DNA of 64,000 bases from Eledone cirrhosa (Eukaryota): the NCBI GenBank assembly GCA_964016885.1, contig OZ024750.1:18476001-18540000 (forward strand), in the 5' to 3' direction. The notes beneath the pieces were generated by a model. That model had not been told where the DNA came from. It was given only the letters and a program-made list of their open reading frames with translations, and ran no database searches. The position numbers and the translations under genes were made by a program. Positions 1 to 15,100 of this stretch are shown one piece after another; the first letter of the stretch is position 1, and every line of letters starts with the position of its first letter.

Positions 1-67
1 TAGCCAAAACTGCTAGGCATCGCGGTTAAGCTTTTAGCTTCCCCCCTCTCCCTAAATATATACTAAC

Positions 68-3000
68 CTATTGCGAAGTTTTTCTTCAGATATTTTCTTA
101 TTTTTCACATCAGTGCTCTCATCTATAGAATCATTTGGTTTTTCTATTGGTTCTTTTTCTTCTCGAGCAGTCTGCAAAAATTGAATGGCAAAACAAAATA
201 TCATCAAACATGTATGATGTCCTATACCTTTACTTATGGTGATGAATCTTGGGTAGCAGCCAAAAGAATACGATCACGAATACAAGCAGCCAAAGTAAAG
301 TTTTGTTAAAGGGTCTTTGGAACAATATTATTCAATAGAGTGCATAGTTCAGAGACTAGTGAGTTGTTCAACATAAAACCACTATATCCCTGAATCTAGA
401 GAAAAAAATCTAGGAAAAAATCGTTTGACTGACCTTGTTAATTCCCAATGTTAGTCCATCTTTACCAGAAAGATCAACCTCAGAAATATCTGTCACTGTT
501 ACAGTGTGGCTGTCCATGTCATAGACTTTTGGATCAAGAAGGTGTTTGATTTCTTCAGGAATTACAGAATCTCGTACGATTGTCTTAAATAATTCTCGTT
601 TCTGAAAGAAAACAAAATATAAATATTTCAAGTTTAGACACAAAACCAGCAATTTATGGGGAGGAGAAAGTCAATTGTATCGATCTCAGTAATTGACTGG
701 TATTTTATTTTATTGATCTTGGAAAGATGAAAGGCAAAGTTGACCAAGGTTGGGTTTGAACTCAGATTGTAAAGGGTCATAACTAGAAACCCAGAAGCAC
801 TTGATCCAAAACTCTATTGATACTCCAAGAATTTTTTATCATAAGCATTGACAAACCTCCATTGATTTTGACAACAAGCATTCCAATGAAACAGCCTGCT
901 CATGAACAGACATGTGTACTCTAAATTCTCAAGGAAATTCAGCATGACACAATGGTGATGATGATGATGATACTTGTATGGGCTGGACAGGTTATTACAG
1001 ACCAAGTCAGTACTGTTCATTTTGCTCAATACATTCTGTTTTGCCATATATATATAGATGTGAAAAAGTTAATGTATGATGATGTTAATCTCCCCTCACA
1101 CCCTCATGTCAGTATAGAAGAAAGATGTGCTCCCTACTTAGCCATCCACATCCCCAATCCTTGTCCAACACATGGCAGCATGGAAAGTCAGACACATGCA
1201 TGTGTGGAAGATAGACGTTAAACGATGATGATGATAATATACCATCATACACAACTCACTCTCAAGGCCACTTCCACCACAATGGTATAAGCCCCCTTCA
1301 TCCTATCAATAGTACTGGTGCCACAATAAAAATGTACCCATCCAGGTCTGTAAAGTGGTAATGCTGTTGTCGCGATACAAAGCACCTAGTTCGTACTGTA
1401 AGGTGGTCATGCAGCCGCCATGAAAAGAAAAGAAAACAACCAGTCCATCTTGTAAGGTAGCAGTGCATGACAAAAATGATCCAGTCTACCTTGTAAGGTG
1501 GTAGTGTTGGTGTTGTGATATAATGTTCCCAGTACACACTGTAATGAGGTTGATGTTAGAAAGGATATCCAGCTGTAGAAACCAAGCCCAAAATGGAGCG
1601 AATGAGAGTATGTAGTTACCTTACCAGTCAGGTCTCAGTATGTGACAATCCATTCAAAGCAATGAAAACAGACATGTGATGACAATGATAATATATATAT
1701 ACATAAAACAGTGATGATTATATATATGAAACTTACTTCTTTCCTTATTTCCCTCCTTTCTCTTTTCAGTTTTTCTTCTAGCATCTTCTTAGCTTTGTGT
1801 TGTCGTTCCTTCTTGCGTTTTCTGAAACCTGTCAGAAAATTCCTGGAGAAGAATTTATAAAGATAAAAAAAAAACCCGTAGAAATATGATACATTAATGA
1901 GATAAAAGAGGCTTCTTTGTTCCATGTTGTTTTGTGTTAGAGGGGACAAGACAACCTCTTCTAGTGTTGGTGCTACAATAAAATTCACTCAATACACTCT
2001 GTGATTGATTGGTTGCAATGGTGGGTAGAGTAGAGAACACCTATCTAGTGTAGATGCTACGATAAGCTGCACCCAGTAAAGATGTGATGTTGGTGTCACG
2101 ATAAGATACGCCCAGTACACTCTATAAAGTGGTGCCACAAGATGCATCTAGTACACTGTAAAATGGTTGTCGATTGATCAGTAACAACGTAAGGTAGAAA
2201 AGAAATTTAAAATAGAAGAATGAAGTTGACAACAGAGTTCTAGCAGCGCCCACTTTATATTTTATTCAGACAATGTAAGGTAGTGGAGATCTGACTGCTA
2301 TTTCTGGCAGGGGTAGTGACTATAACCCTAGTGTGTATTACAGTGTATTGAGAGAAACTAACTGTAAACAAGTGTTGTTGTTTTAGCTTGGTTCCAGTTC
2401 AGCTTTGATCAGACAGATCTATGACAAAGATGTTCCAGCTTAGACTATTCGACCCTATTATCTAGATATGTGGAGCGTCAGTTGAGGGAGATTTGGTTGT
2501 CATTTCTTTAAATTCGAGCAACTACGTTTCAAGCTCCTTCGTTGCCGCATGTACATACAGAGATTCACGGAGAATGAGAAACGAAGTTATGGGATGTTTA
2601 TGCTGCGTATGTATATATATGCATTCGATGTTAAGAGAGTGGGATTGGCCTCGTGCAAAGCCTTTCCTCACTTAAAAAAAGATTCAAGCATTGGCATTGT
2701 TGATATGTGAAATTTTTTTGCGATGCGTGGTTTTGCTGGCTATAGGCAAATCCCTAGCAGGACTACAAAGCCACGTCCGTGATGCTCATGATTAAGTATA
2801 AAGGAATGGCATTACTCGAAATCGAGTTGCAGCCATCATCATCATATATTTATATATTCACAGGGTAACCGAAAATAAATTAACTCAAATTAGAAAACGT
2901 AGAAACAGTTAAAAACGTTAATTTGTTGTAATAGGTGTATTTACAAACACAACACGTGGTAGAATATCGGTAGGAAGTATACACAAGTTATAAGAATAAT

Positions 3001-3129
3001 ACAGAAGTTAATATTAGATAAATATATAAATAATAAATGTCGTTATAAGCACCTTCTGTCATTCTCATCAAACGCAATGAAAACTTTGGTTTTACGATTT
3101 GTCTTCGGAGTTTTATTTTTTGGACCCAT
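68..3129 (-). CDS. NOL12: Nucleolar protein 12 (Rrp17 family), 5' four coding exons; gene continues left of the window
   Basis: Exons 3129-3053, 1842-1737, 601-434 and 171-68 have GT/AG ends and consistent phases. The spliced product MGPKNKTPKTNRKTKVFIAFDENDRRNFLTGFRKRKKERQHKAKKMLEEKLKRERREIRKEKRELF...YDMDSHTVTVTDISEVDLSG matches the NOL12/Nop25 motifs FD..RR.FLTGF.KRK.ER and YD...HTVTVT.IS..DLSG. Confidence 0.92.
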
Positions 3130-4081
3130 GGTTGGTAAATTACACTGACAAGACACCGGTTACTAACAAACGGTGTATGGTGAGTGTAAGTCTCTGTTGA
3201 GAGAAAGTGTCTGTTCAGTGGAGTATCTGTTGAGTAGGAATTTCTAGTGAGTGGATTGCCGGATGAATAGGAGTTGCCTGTTGTGTGAGAGTGTTTGATT
3301 TGGGTTTTGGTTATCATTTCTTTAAATGTATTGATTGTTGTCTTCGAAGAATTTCTTGGATGCCACAGCGACTTTTTGCTCCTTCCCACATCCTAGATAC
3401 TGTAGCGAGGGTGAGGGCCACTACATCCGTAACTGAATAAAATAAAATTCTAAAATACCAGACATTATCAACAAACTATTTTTTTTCAGCCTGTGACGTT
3501 CGAGATATTTGGGGAAGCTGGGCCGCTGACAACGATGTTTTTGTTGTTGTTGTCGGCGGCTCACCTTACAGATGTATCGGGTGATGCCTACGAGGGTGCT
3601 TGGCTATTCCATTTTCTTAGTCACGCTACTACAATGCTGTGTTGGGTTGCCTCAAAAGCTATTAGAGAGAAATTCCGGTCCCCCATGTTATAATGTCTGG
3701 TTCCACATTTTTAAAATGCATAATTATGTTAATAAAAATTAATCTCAACGCCAACATTCTGCTGTAGAGTGTAATTGAGTGGGCATGTATTCTCCCATTT
3801 CTTTTTATCTCCATGACAGTCTCGATATATCGGAACTATGATTAATGTCATTCTAGTCGCATACATCTAATCTCTACTTTTATTTATTTGTTTTCTAGAC
3901 ATAATGTAATCTCATGTGTTCTTTCTTTTCTTTTTTAAGACGGTAGGCTGTAATTTGAGGGAGCTTTGGCTGTCATTTCTAGCAAGTCGAAGGAGGGACC
4001 ACACCATTGTGTGGAGAGTGACAGTGTGACTCCATTTCTCAACTTCCGGCTACATGATATGACAACAGTTGATCGTTTCTG
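3130..4081. promoter_or_regulatory. Probable bidirectional promoter region of NOL12 and HAP40, including a likely non-coding first exon of HAP40 ending at 4081
   Basis: The two genes diverge here. The region is CpG-richer than its surroundings, has an ETS-type ACTTCCGG motif at about 4042-4049 and a strong donor TG|GTAAG at 4081/4082. A matching acceptor lies at 6132, just upstream of the HAP40 ATG. Confidence 0.5.
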
Positions 4082-5336
4082 GTAAGATGTATATTTATTT
4101 ACATCTTATAGCGAAGGGAAGATATTTATATATATATATACATACACACATCATCTTACTGTGAAGTGACATACTTAGAATGTAGATATATAGTCGTATA
4201 TATTTCCTTTCACGTTATACTATTATATCTTACTTCACATATATATAGCGTACCCATCCCTACTACATTTCCTCCTAATTTTCTTAATATATATATATAT
4301 TATTTTTAGCACATTTTCCATAGATACATTTTCAAATATGTAGACTACGATTATTGTAATGAAATTTAAAAAGAAATTACATTTTAAAAAATACTTTCAT
4401 TACTGTATAGTTCCGTTTTTTTTTCTGTTTGTTAATGCTTTCAGTTATTGAATACGTTCGATCTACATGTATACATATTTTTTACTATGCCTTCCAATGT
4501 TAGTAATGAATAATGATATCTATCAGGATAATGTCATAGATTTTATACTGGCTCGTAATGTCATTTCTACAACTAGCAATTATGAAGAAAAAAAAAACGT
4601 GTCTATTAAATTTAGTCAACATAATTATAATCCACTCCTTCATAAATACACCTCTACAAAATTTCGCTAAATATGCATTATTAAAACAGTCATGAAGAAA
4701 CAAAATGAGTGATGGTAGACATTAAACCGTTGCTATGGTTTATATATTTCTGATTTAATCCTTGTCAACACAGGCCACTCCCTTTTCTTTCCCAAATTCT
4801 GGTGCATACATTAAACACACCCACAATGATTTAATAACATCCACATAAATATATATCAAAGCAGTGAATTATTTCGCGGAGGTCGAAAAATAAAGTACCA
4901 GCTCAATACTAGGGTTGATTCTTTCTTTTTATCACTTTCTCTGGAAGAAATCGGTTGTGTTCGAACGTAGAAAGGAATGAGGTCGACCAAGTTTTAAAAG
5001 CCTAAGGCACGCCATGTGTCAGGACGGTGCCCTTAAGATATCAGAAGTTCAGGGTCTCTCTCAATCGTTACAACTCAAACTAAAATATATCAATTTGTTT
5101 TTCACCTTTCTATTCCTCGTTATTTTAAATAACATGACTAACATTTAAGATGTCATTAATTTCAATTTAGTTTCGCTGTTCTTGTGGTTTCCCTCACTTT
5201 ATAAATAAAACATAAATATTTCTAAATATTTAATGTTATCTATTAATTGTATTTTCAAACGTTAGAGGGGAGCTTGATATAATAAGTACTAGACTTGAAA
5301 AAACAAGTACTGAGGTATATATCATCATTATCATTG

Positions 5337-5502
5337 AATTGGCAGTATCGGTAGAGGGTCGGACGCCATGCTTTGGCGCATAGAGTTACGGCCCTTGCCA
5401 TTCTGAGTTAACTTTGCCTTTCATCCTTACGAGGTCGATAAAATAAAGTACCAGTAATGCACTGGGTAATTGCTGGCCTTGTGCCTATAGTAGAAACAAT
5501 TA
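5337..5502 (+). mobile_element. tRNA-head SINE with a Nin/Deu-like central domain (abundant family; representative copy)
   Basis: Pol III A-box (TGGCAGTATCGG), B-box (GAGTTCAAATC in full copies), core GCCTTTCATCCTTACGGGGTCGATAAAATAAAGTACCAG and 3' end GTAGAAACAATTAT. Further copies lie at about 655-790(-), 11450-11590(-), 13128-13222(-), 27165-27380(+), 27538-27722(+), 36211-36365(+), 39920-40100(-), 42096-42277(-), 49102-49300(-) and 52563-52740(+). Confidence 0.8.
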
Positions 5503-6155
5503 TCATTGTTTTACGTCTGTATTCCATGCTAGCACGAGTTGGACAGGTTGTCACATTCTAAAACCAGACAGGTCAGATGACCACAACTTGCTCAAATGTT
5601 CCACTTTGGCCTGGTTTCTACATCTGAATGTCCTTCCTAGCACCAAACATTTTACTGATTGTACTAGATGCATTTATCAAGACACAATCACTGCCATTTT
5701 ACAGGGTGACTTAGGTTCATTCTATTGTGGCACCAGTGTGACCACTTCATAGTGTAGTGGGTGCATTCTACTGTGTTAAGAGTATTAACACTTTACAGAG
5801 TGAGCTGGGTGCATATAATAATACTATCACTACCACTTTACAGAGTGGGCCAGATTCATTTTATCATGGCTGGTGCAACACCACTTGCAGAGTGCATTCC
5901 TTTATTGCAATAACACCAGTGCAATTGAATTGACTAAAACCTTATTAAGGCTGTACCGTAGCATAGCCACAATCTAAGGACTAAAACCAATAAAAGAAAT
6001 AGTTTTTGTGTTTATTTAAATGGCTAAAATGGTTTTTCCACAATGTAATCAATAATTTCAAACTGACTCACGCTTTCTTACAAACTTACAGCTTTATCAG
6101 TCTTTGTATCTATTTTTTCTTCTTTTCTTAAGATAAAAGATCAGAATTGTGAAAA

Positions 6156-9100
6156 ATGGAAAAAGATGCAGATATTTTAAGCAAATATCGATTAGTTACA
6201 AACAAACTAAAGAAGTAAGTTTGATTTTAATCTAACATGTTTCCTTTTATTTATTTTTATCTTACAGGTAGAGTAAGAGACACTGTCTATGATTTTCAAA
6301 TAATTTTGAAAATAATTAAGAAATTTGAAAGGATTTAGTAATATAACTAACTTTCTCTTTATGAAATTGGTGTGTGGAACATACATTCTTACATAAAATT
6401 ATGATGGAACGTTTTTAGATAAATATATCTACTTTAAACCTTGTATTGCCATATTTCTAATAAAAGACTGCTTATGGTTTTCAAATAATTTTGGTAACAA
6501 TCAAGAATTTAGAGGAATTTAGTAACATAACTAACACTCTTATTTATTAAGCTGGTGTTAGGAACATAACATAACAAAGGTAGTTACATACAATTGTGAT
6601 GTAAGGTTTTAACTTAAATATAAACCCTTTAAAACAATTTTGTATTGTAGCATCAGGGGTGGTTTACAAATACCATCTTAATAATGAACTAATTAAAAAT
6701 AAATGTTTTGAGACCTTCACAGCCCCATCTTCAGAATCAGAATGGTCATACTAGTGGCATATTGGTCACATGCTTAGCAGTGGTCGTAAAGAATCATGGG
6801 AGTGATTTATAATTTCTCAACGGTTGAAGCATGGCAGTTATAATTTGTTTCACATATGCTGTATCTGTGTTAATTTTTAGTTTATATTTAAATAAACCCT
6901 CGATTATTATTCCCCTTGTTATGTACATAGAATTGTAGTGTTATAATCTATATTTGGGGCATTTTCTTTTTAGACGTTTCCTGAAGAAGCCCAATGTAGC
7001 TGAAGGTAGTGAACAATTTGGTAAGTTGTTTTATTCATCATCATCATCATCAACAGAAGAGATTAATGATATTGTATTGATTACATGAATATCTCTTACA
7101 ATTGTGTTAAGATTTTCACTTTGCAATCATGTAGTTCTAGGATGGATCCCATTTCATGGAATAAGGGTTTCTGATTTAGGCACAAGTCCAACGACCTTCG
7201 TGGTGGGAGTCAATTAAATTGATCCCACTGCATTGCTTGAATTTTTTCAATTCATTGACGCTTGTATGAGTATATACATATAAACACACAAACACAGACA
7301 GACTTACAAAAATAGACATACATTCACACACACACACATACACTCACAGTGTAGCAAGTGAAACGTCAACCCCTGTTTTGCTATAATTTTTTCACCATCC
7401 TCTTCCTTCCTTTTACACACTCATACATTCACACAAACACACACACACACATTGTGATGGACGGAAGTTGCTCAAATTTATATATAGATTAAAGACTTTC
7501 ATTTTTAATATGATGTCATTGTGCTATATTATACTTTCAAGAATGTCTCATGTAATACAGGATGTTAAAAATTAATACATTTTCAATCCTTTCATATATT
7601 TTTTATTTTCATTGTTAAATCTGTAAGACTTCATAAAATTGAATTCCTTTCTCTTCAACAGCTGCTTTGGCAAAGAATCTACGCCGACAAGAATGTCCTC
7701 AATATTCTGGCTTTTGCTGCTTAGCACAAGCTAGGTAAGTAATTGTATGTGTCAGTGTGTGTTAGTGTGTGTTAATGAATATGTGTGTTCAGTGGGGAGG
7801 TGGGGTTTGTATTTTAATTCCTAGTATCCTTTTTTTCGTTTTAGTAATTCTTTTTGAATAATAAATATTTATTTCCCACACTGCATATATTAGAAAATCT
7901 AAGATAAGTTCAATGTAGGTACAACTAGTTTATAAATTATAAGTCTCACTGTGAAAAATGAATGAGTGTAAATACACTTTTGTTCTCTCCATACACAGAA
8001 AAACATAAGAGATTGTCTTCACATGTTTCACAGCTAGTTGGCTGTTCATCGGAAGACAGATACCCTTATCTTTCATCATTGGTTTATATTTACTTGTATA
8101 TGTGTGGGTGTATGATTGTGAATTGTCATCATTTTAAGTCTATTTTCCATTCTGGCATGGGTTGAACGGATTGTTATGGTCAGATATTAGACCAGTTAGA
8201 GAACCATATCTTGCTCATATATGCCACATTGGATGTGTGTATTTGCATGTATATATATTCAGTATCTCCAAGCAGACGTACACATAATACATAGCAGAGA
8301 TGGGGATCAGTATCTCTCCTTGAGTACTGACCTGGTCTACTGATGACCCATCCAACCCTTGTTTGATGATGGTTATTGGGGTAGTGGCGGCTGCAGTTTA
8401 CTTGCTTTCTGTATTAACACATCATATGTTTATTCAGGTGTAAATACCCTTTGGCAAATACTGCTGACATGTACATAATAGATAGCACTGCAGTTTACAC
8501 ATCATTCTTTTATTTCACAGGTGTGAACACACTTTGGCAAATGCCGCAGGGGAAGCTCAGGCTTTGACAGAGGCTGCGAGGTCATTCCTCGAAGCAGAAA
8601 TGGCCAACAGAGATTTGAAATGTCCCAGTTTTGAAGAACATCTTTCTGCTGCCATCAACTGCTACAGTCATGCTATCAGAGTAAGGAACAAAAATAGTGT
8701 TTTCTTTCTGTCATCACCACCACCATTGTTTAACATCTATTTTCCATATTTGCATTGGTTAGACATGTTGACACATTCTGAGGCTCCAACTAATCAAGTG
8801 ACCATGTTTTGCTCATATGTTCCCTTCTGGTATAGTTTCTACAGCTGGGTGCCTTTCCTTATGCAAACCACTTCACAGTGACTGGGTGGACTGGGTACTT
8901 TTTGTGGCACCAGCACTACCACTTTACAGAGTGGACTGAGTGCATTTTACCATGGCACCAGCACTACCACTTTACAGTATGGGTTAAGTACATTTTACCA
9001 TGGCATCAGCACTACCACTTTACAGTGTGGGCTAAGTGCATTTTATTGTATCACCAACACTACCATTTTTTCTTTCTTAATTAATAAATATATTTTCTTG

Positions 9101-12100
9101 AACAATTTGAACTGCAATTCTGTTTGTTTAGAAGCACTAAGTATTCAGAGATACTGACAAATAAAATACTTTGAAATTAATTTTCAGTGCAGACATTTTT
9201 TATTTTATTTTCCTCATGTTTCGATATAAATATCCTTATTTTTTTGTTACTTAGAACATCAGGGAATTATAAAAGTTATTCATCTTGTTATTTTCTCTTC
9301 ATTTGAGTAAGCCCAAGAGGTAGTCCGGTCAATTTGTTTCCTTTTTGTCATTGAACTTATAAGTAAGAGATGCCCCTCCCCAACTCATTTAATCCCGGTC
9401 CATAACAACCCACCCACCCCATACTAGCATGGAAAACAGGCCTAAAATGATGACGGTAGTGATAATATTAAACACTATTTTTCTTTCTAGGTTCATATTG
9501 AGAACAAACAACCGGCCCTTGGTGCTGCACTTTGTATGGAACTTGGAGATGTTTTAATGGTAAGAGATGTTTATTGTTTTTAGCTTTTGTTACAAACTTC
9601 TTACACACAAAAACCCACACTGTACCGTCCTGTGCTGCCTTTAATGTATTCTTAATGTTTCTGTTTTCATCATTCGCATTTGGGTAATTTCTATCTCTAG
9701 ATCTTTATGTTTGGATAATTTCACCATTTCTTTGGTAGATATATTGTCATCTTTGGAGATTGATTATTATTGTTATTGTTATGTTTCCAGTCATTGAACA
9801 AGGCCAGTGAATCTATGGGTCACTATCAGAGAGCTGCAGAACTTCAGTCACAGGTTAGTTTCTGTTTTCAACTACTATTGATTTTATTAATCTCTATCTA
9901 TCCCTCTATCTCTCACGTACACACATTTTTTCACTCTTACAACTGCTACTACTACTCATACTACTACCATTTCTTTGGTGAATAACATCTGGTCATCATT
10001 GCTTCAGTGGACATCTAGCTAGCACAAATCTATCATCATTTTTAGCTATGACCACCTCATCTTTTTGATTCAGGATTTCTAATCTCCAAGACACTTAGAA
10101 ATATGCTGGTGGGAAGAGGAAGCTAGAAAGGGATTCAGAGTATAGTAGAGAGTAGGGGTATTGTAGCAGAAGAGGCAGTTTATTGGAGGAAAATGGCAAC
10201 CAAGAAGACTGCATAGAAAGAAGTGGCTAGAGCACAAGAGGTACATAGAAAATTGTTTAGACTACAAATGGAGGCAGTGCAAGGTGAGAGAGAGGTATTG
10301 AGAATTGCAAGGCATTAAGCAAAGAGAAATATGATGTGACAGGAATGAAGGGGGAGAATTTGTTGTAGAATCAGATGAAATTAAGTAATGGTAGAAGAGA
10401 TGTATGGGGAGATTGTTGGATGTGAAGAATGAATGAGATGGCAACATAGAGAACGGTTTAGTTCTCAGACCAGCAGAAGGGATACCTGAAGAAGCATTGA
10501 GAAAGATGAAGAGTGGAAAAACAGGAAGGGTGATACACGTAGTGGGAGATATGATAAAAGTATTATGTAAGAAAGCAATATTTTAAATATCGTGTATATC
10601 TACTTCTCCATTTTCAGAACCCTCTAGATTGTTTAGAAGCATTAGGCAACGTAGCTTCCTGTAAGATATCAACAAGTAAGTATCACATTTTCTAATACAC
10701 AGTATCCCACAGTCAGTCTAATTGTTGGTTAAATATTGAGTGTGTCAATCTGTCCTGTGGCCATAAGTTCAGTCCCTAGGTTAGTGTGTATCATCATCAT
10801 CATCATCATCAACGTTTAACGTCCGTGTTCCACGCTTGCATGGGTTTGGACGGGGGTAGTCCCACTTGAGGCAAGAGTGATTGTCTTGCTCGCATAGGAC
10901 TGTCTGGCAGGTTTTCTACAGTTGGATGCCCTTCCTAACACCAACCACATTTACAGTGTGGGGCTGGGAGGTTTTTACCGTGTTGCCTACACGGCCACAT
11001 TACAGCGTGGACTGTGTGTTTTTTTGTCGTGACACCTATACGATCTCATTTGTTTCGGCCTCGAAGGCGCGGCACCAACATAACTTTACATAGAACGGGG
11101 TGGTGTGGATCGGGTGGGGGTGGGGGTGTATTTTGTTAGAGATGCCTACTGGCTGGAGTAGGTTTTACTATATATATATATATATATACACACACTCTAG
11201 TTTAAACAGAATGCATAAGTAATGTCGTTACAAGTTACTAATTACTAATATGAGGATATCCCAAACGCGGACAGCAGAATGAAAACAATCTACTCCTCCT
11301 GTGGATTGAATAAAGGGTTTGGTATGAAATTCTGAAAACATAACCAAATATCTTCAGGTTCCTGAAGATGGCTAAAGATTACACTGGCCATAATAGTGAA
11401 ACTATAACAACCAAAATAAGGACACTAGTCTGAATATATCAGTTGTATAATAATTGTTTCTACTTTGGGCACAAGGCCAGCAATTACCCAGTGCATTACT
11501 GGTACTTTATTTTATCGACCCCGCAAGGATGAAAGGCAAAGTTAACCTCGGCGGGATTTAAACTCAGATCATACAGGGAGGTAACTCTATGCTAATAATA
11601 ATGATAATTCCTCTGAAGATAGGCAGTGGGAACAACAGCTGAAATGTTGTGACTATAACAACCAAGGTGAAGACATTGTTCTGGATGTTTGATAACTTCA
11701 TACATGTGGTGTGTATTGCCTTACCTCAAACTACTGTGTTCAAATCCTTACATTCTACTCTGGAGCACAATGTTTGTGGAGAACTGATCACACTCATGGT
11801 TAGGAATTTATTCTCACTGTGTATCCTGGTTTTTAGTATAGGTACACTATTTCTCTTGTTTTAAGAGGGTATAAAAAAGGTTGGTGTCAAGAAGGACACT
11901 CAGCTGTTAGACATTGTCTCAAAATATCCCATCCAACTTATGCCAGTATGGAAAAGTGGATGTAAAAACAATGATAATGATAAAGAGTACCTTTAGCAAG
12001 TATACAGCCAAAATGAATACTGCAAAGTATTCTATTTGTTGTTCTAATGACTCAGCCAGTTCACTGTCTAAAGATGAATTATATGTGCTGAAAAATCCCT

Positions 12101-15100
12101 TTATGAGTCTAAACTTTGGGATACTCTGCACTTTTAATTCACCATTAATCTAATATTTTCTTGTCCCTCTCTCTCTCCTTTATTCTCTTTCCTCCTATCT
12201 TCATCTCTGTCTTCCTCTTCTTTTTTACATTCTCACTCTCTTTCTCTCCTTTCTCATGTTTTCTCCTATATATTTACAGAAGACTACGATGGGGCCCTGG
12301 CAGTTTTAACAGAAATGAGTTACCTGGCACAAGAAAGAGGAGGTAACTATTGTATTATTAAAACATTCACTGCTTGGTCAAATGATTGAGAAGTTCACTT
12401 CACAATCATGAAGTTCTAGGTTCAATCCTACTATATGGCATCTTGGACAAGTGTCGTTTACCAGGGTCTTGTGAGGGAAATTGGGTAGAGGGGACGCAGT
12501 GAAGGAGCCTGTTAACGGGTTGTACTTTATGTCTGAGTAATAGGCAAAAATCCAAACCCTGTTTATAAGCTAAGGCAGCTAACCAACACATGTTAAGAAG
12601 GTTTTTAAATTCTCAAGAGTGGTGAATATATTTAATGAAGTTTTAATATTTTGATATTTAAAATGTTGGAATTGTTGCTTTGAGTATATTTTTTTGTTTC
12701 ACAACTCCAATACGTAATGATTTCTTTACCAATATCCAACCATTTCAAAGGCCATCATCATCATCATCATCATTTAACATCCATCTTCCACACTAGCATG
12801 AGTTAGATGCCATATTTATTCAAAACATCGAAAACAATAGGAAATTTGAATTTCACATTGAGAGTGAAACTGGTGTAGTATTTACCTCTAAGGCAAAAAT
12901 ATTTTAACACCTCATTTACGTAGAATTTTGAAGTTGGTTAAAATCGGCAAAATATTGACCTCGAATATGTCAACCTCATTTTACCATCGATTTTTTTTAT
13001 CACATATTTCTCAGCTTAAATATGAGTATATACGGTAATACCCATGTATTAATTGATCCCATAAATTTAACCTAAAATAATGGTCTAAAAAGTTTGATTT
13101 ATACACATGTATATATATATATATATATAATTGTTTCTACTATTGGCACAAGGCCAGAAAATTACCCAGTACATTACTGGTACTTTATTTTATCGACCCC
13201 GTAAGGATGAAAGGCAAAGTTAATATATATATAATGTATAATAAACAATACAATATACATTATACAATATACAATATACATTAAATTTAGCTCTGGCACT
13301 TACATAGAGCACTCTTCGCTCCTATGACTTTTTCAATTTTCAACGGAAACTTCAATACTTATATATATATATATGCTGTATATATTTTTTCCTATATTTT
13401 TATATCTTTCAAAAATGTTTATATATCTTTCTCTCTAATTCCATTTCCATTGCTAGGATCTGCCTTTACTGAGAAACCAATTGGTGCTTACAGTGATATT
13501 TTAGCACGTTGTGAACTAACCAGAGTTCTCCTGCTTATGTTGCTTCAGGTCAGTGAATTTTTTTTTTTTGTGTGTGTAGAAAGCATTTTTTTTTTATGTT
13601 TCTTAGTTTGAAGAGGAAATACTATATATATTTGGTTTGGAATAGGTACACTATCTCTAGAGGAAATACTGTATATATCTGGTTTGGAATAGGTACACTC
13701 TATTCCTGGCTGGTACTTTACTTCCTGCATCTGTTAAGGATACTGACTTGAGATCTTTCAGATAGATCAATGTCTTCACCAGTGAAAATGCTTCTACATA
13801 TAGGTTCTCGTGTTGATTTTAATACCTTTTATTATCTTTAATTGCTATTTATACTGTAGGAAACATGACTGACTTCACGGTATTATACTAATATTACTAT
13901 ACTAATATGACTGGCTTTAAATTTCTCTATTTCACATTATTAATCTAACACAAGTGGCTTCACATTACTATACTTCACATTACAACCACTAATATGACTG
14001 GCTTCATGTTACTACACTAAGATGACTGGCTTCACATTCACTAACATGACTATCTTCTCATCCATTTATATTTATTTTCAGCCAACGCCTCAGAGAATCA
14101 GACCTGAACATGCTCAAACATTGGAAAAATATGCCTGGGGTGGAACTGAAGATTCCTATGTCAGTTAGTATCTGTCTTAAATAACATTTCTGGATATCTT
14201 TCACCAGTCTTCTAGTCCTTTGTTTGGTGTGTGTGTGCGTGCAGTGTCCATGACTCTTCCCAGTCCAGAGGAAAGGTAGCGCCCATGACTCTTCCCAGGG
14301 GACTCCCAAGACATTGTTCCCAGCAACATCACACTTCACACACATGCATCATACAGTTGCCCTTGCATTTGTAGAGAGAAACATTTTGTTTTCAACAGAG
14401 GTAGTAGTGCCCTGAACTTCTTCCATTCTGTTCCTATTCCAGCTACTATGCTTTCAGAGCAACCTCCTCCACTGCTAATTAGGTCACAAAGGTAGCAGAA
14501 GCTATCAATTACATCTATGGTGCCTTCTTGGGATTAGAAAAAGTTTCTTGTTTCTAAAGTCTGTCTTGAGCCAGTAGGCTCATCAGGTTGGTGCTTATCC
14601 TGATTTCCATAGTGTAAAGCAACTGAGTACAAGACTTCCCCCTGGACAAGATGCCAGTCCATTACAGGGTTAAACCTGCAGCTATTGCTGGTACTAATTT
14701 TCAGCTGAGTATACTGGAGCAATGTAAAATGAAGTGTTTTGCTCAAGAACACAGCAAACAGCCCAGTCCAGGAATTGAACCTATGACATTATGATCGTAA
14801 GTCCCCCACCCTTACCACAAGACCACATGCCTCCATTTATTTTTGTTTGGGTAACCAAAAATTCAGATAATTGATGTTCAGGTAATCGAAGTTTGACTGT
14901 ATCAATTCATAGTTCCTTCTTCATATCATTTATTCTTTTTTTTACAAATGTTTTTCTATTTTCAGTTAATTTCCTTGATGAAGATCTGTTCCTACTGTTG
15001 CAGTCTGTTGTTGTAAGTAGGAACTTTACTATTTCTTACATTTCTTTTGAGAAAGTCCACACACATTAACTCTTTGTTACTATATTTCTAATGAAAGACA

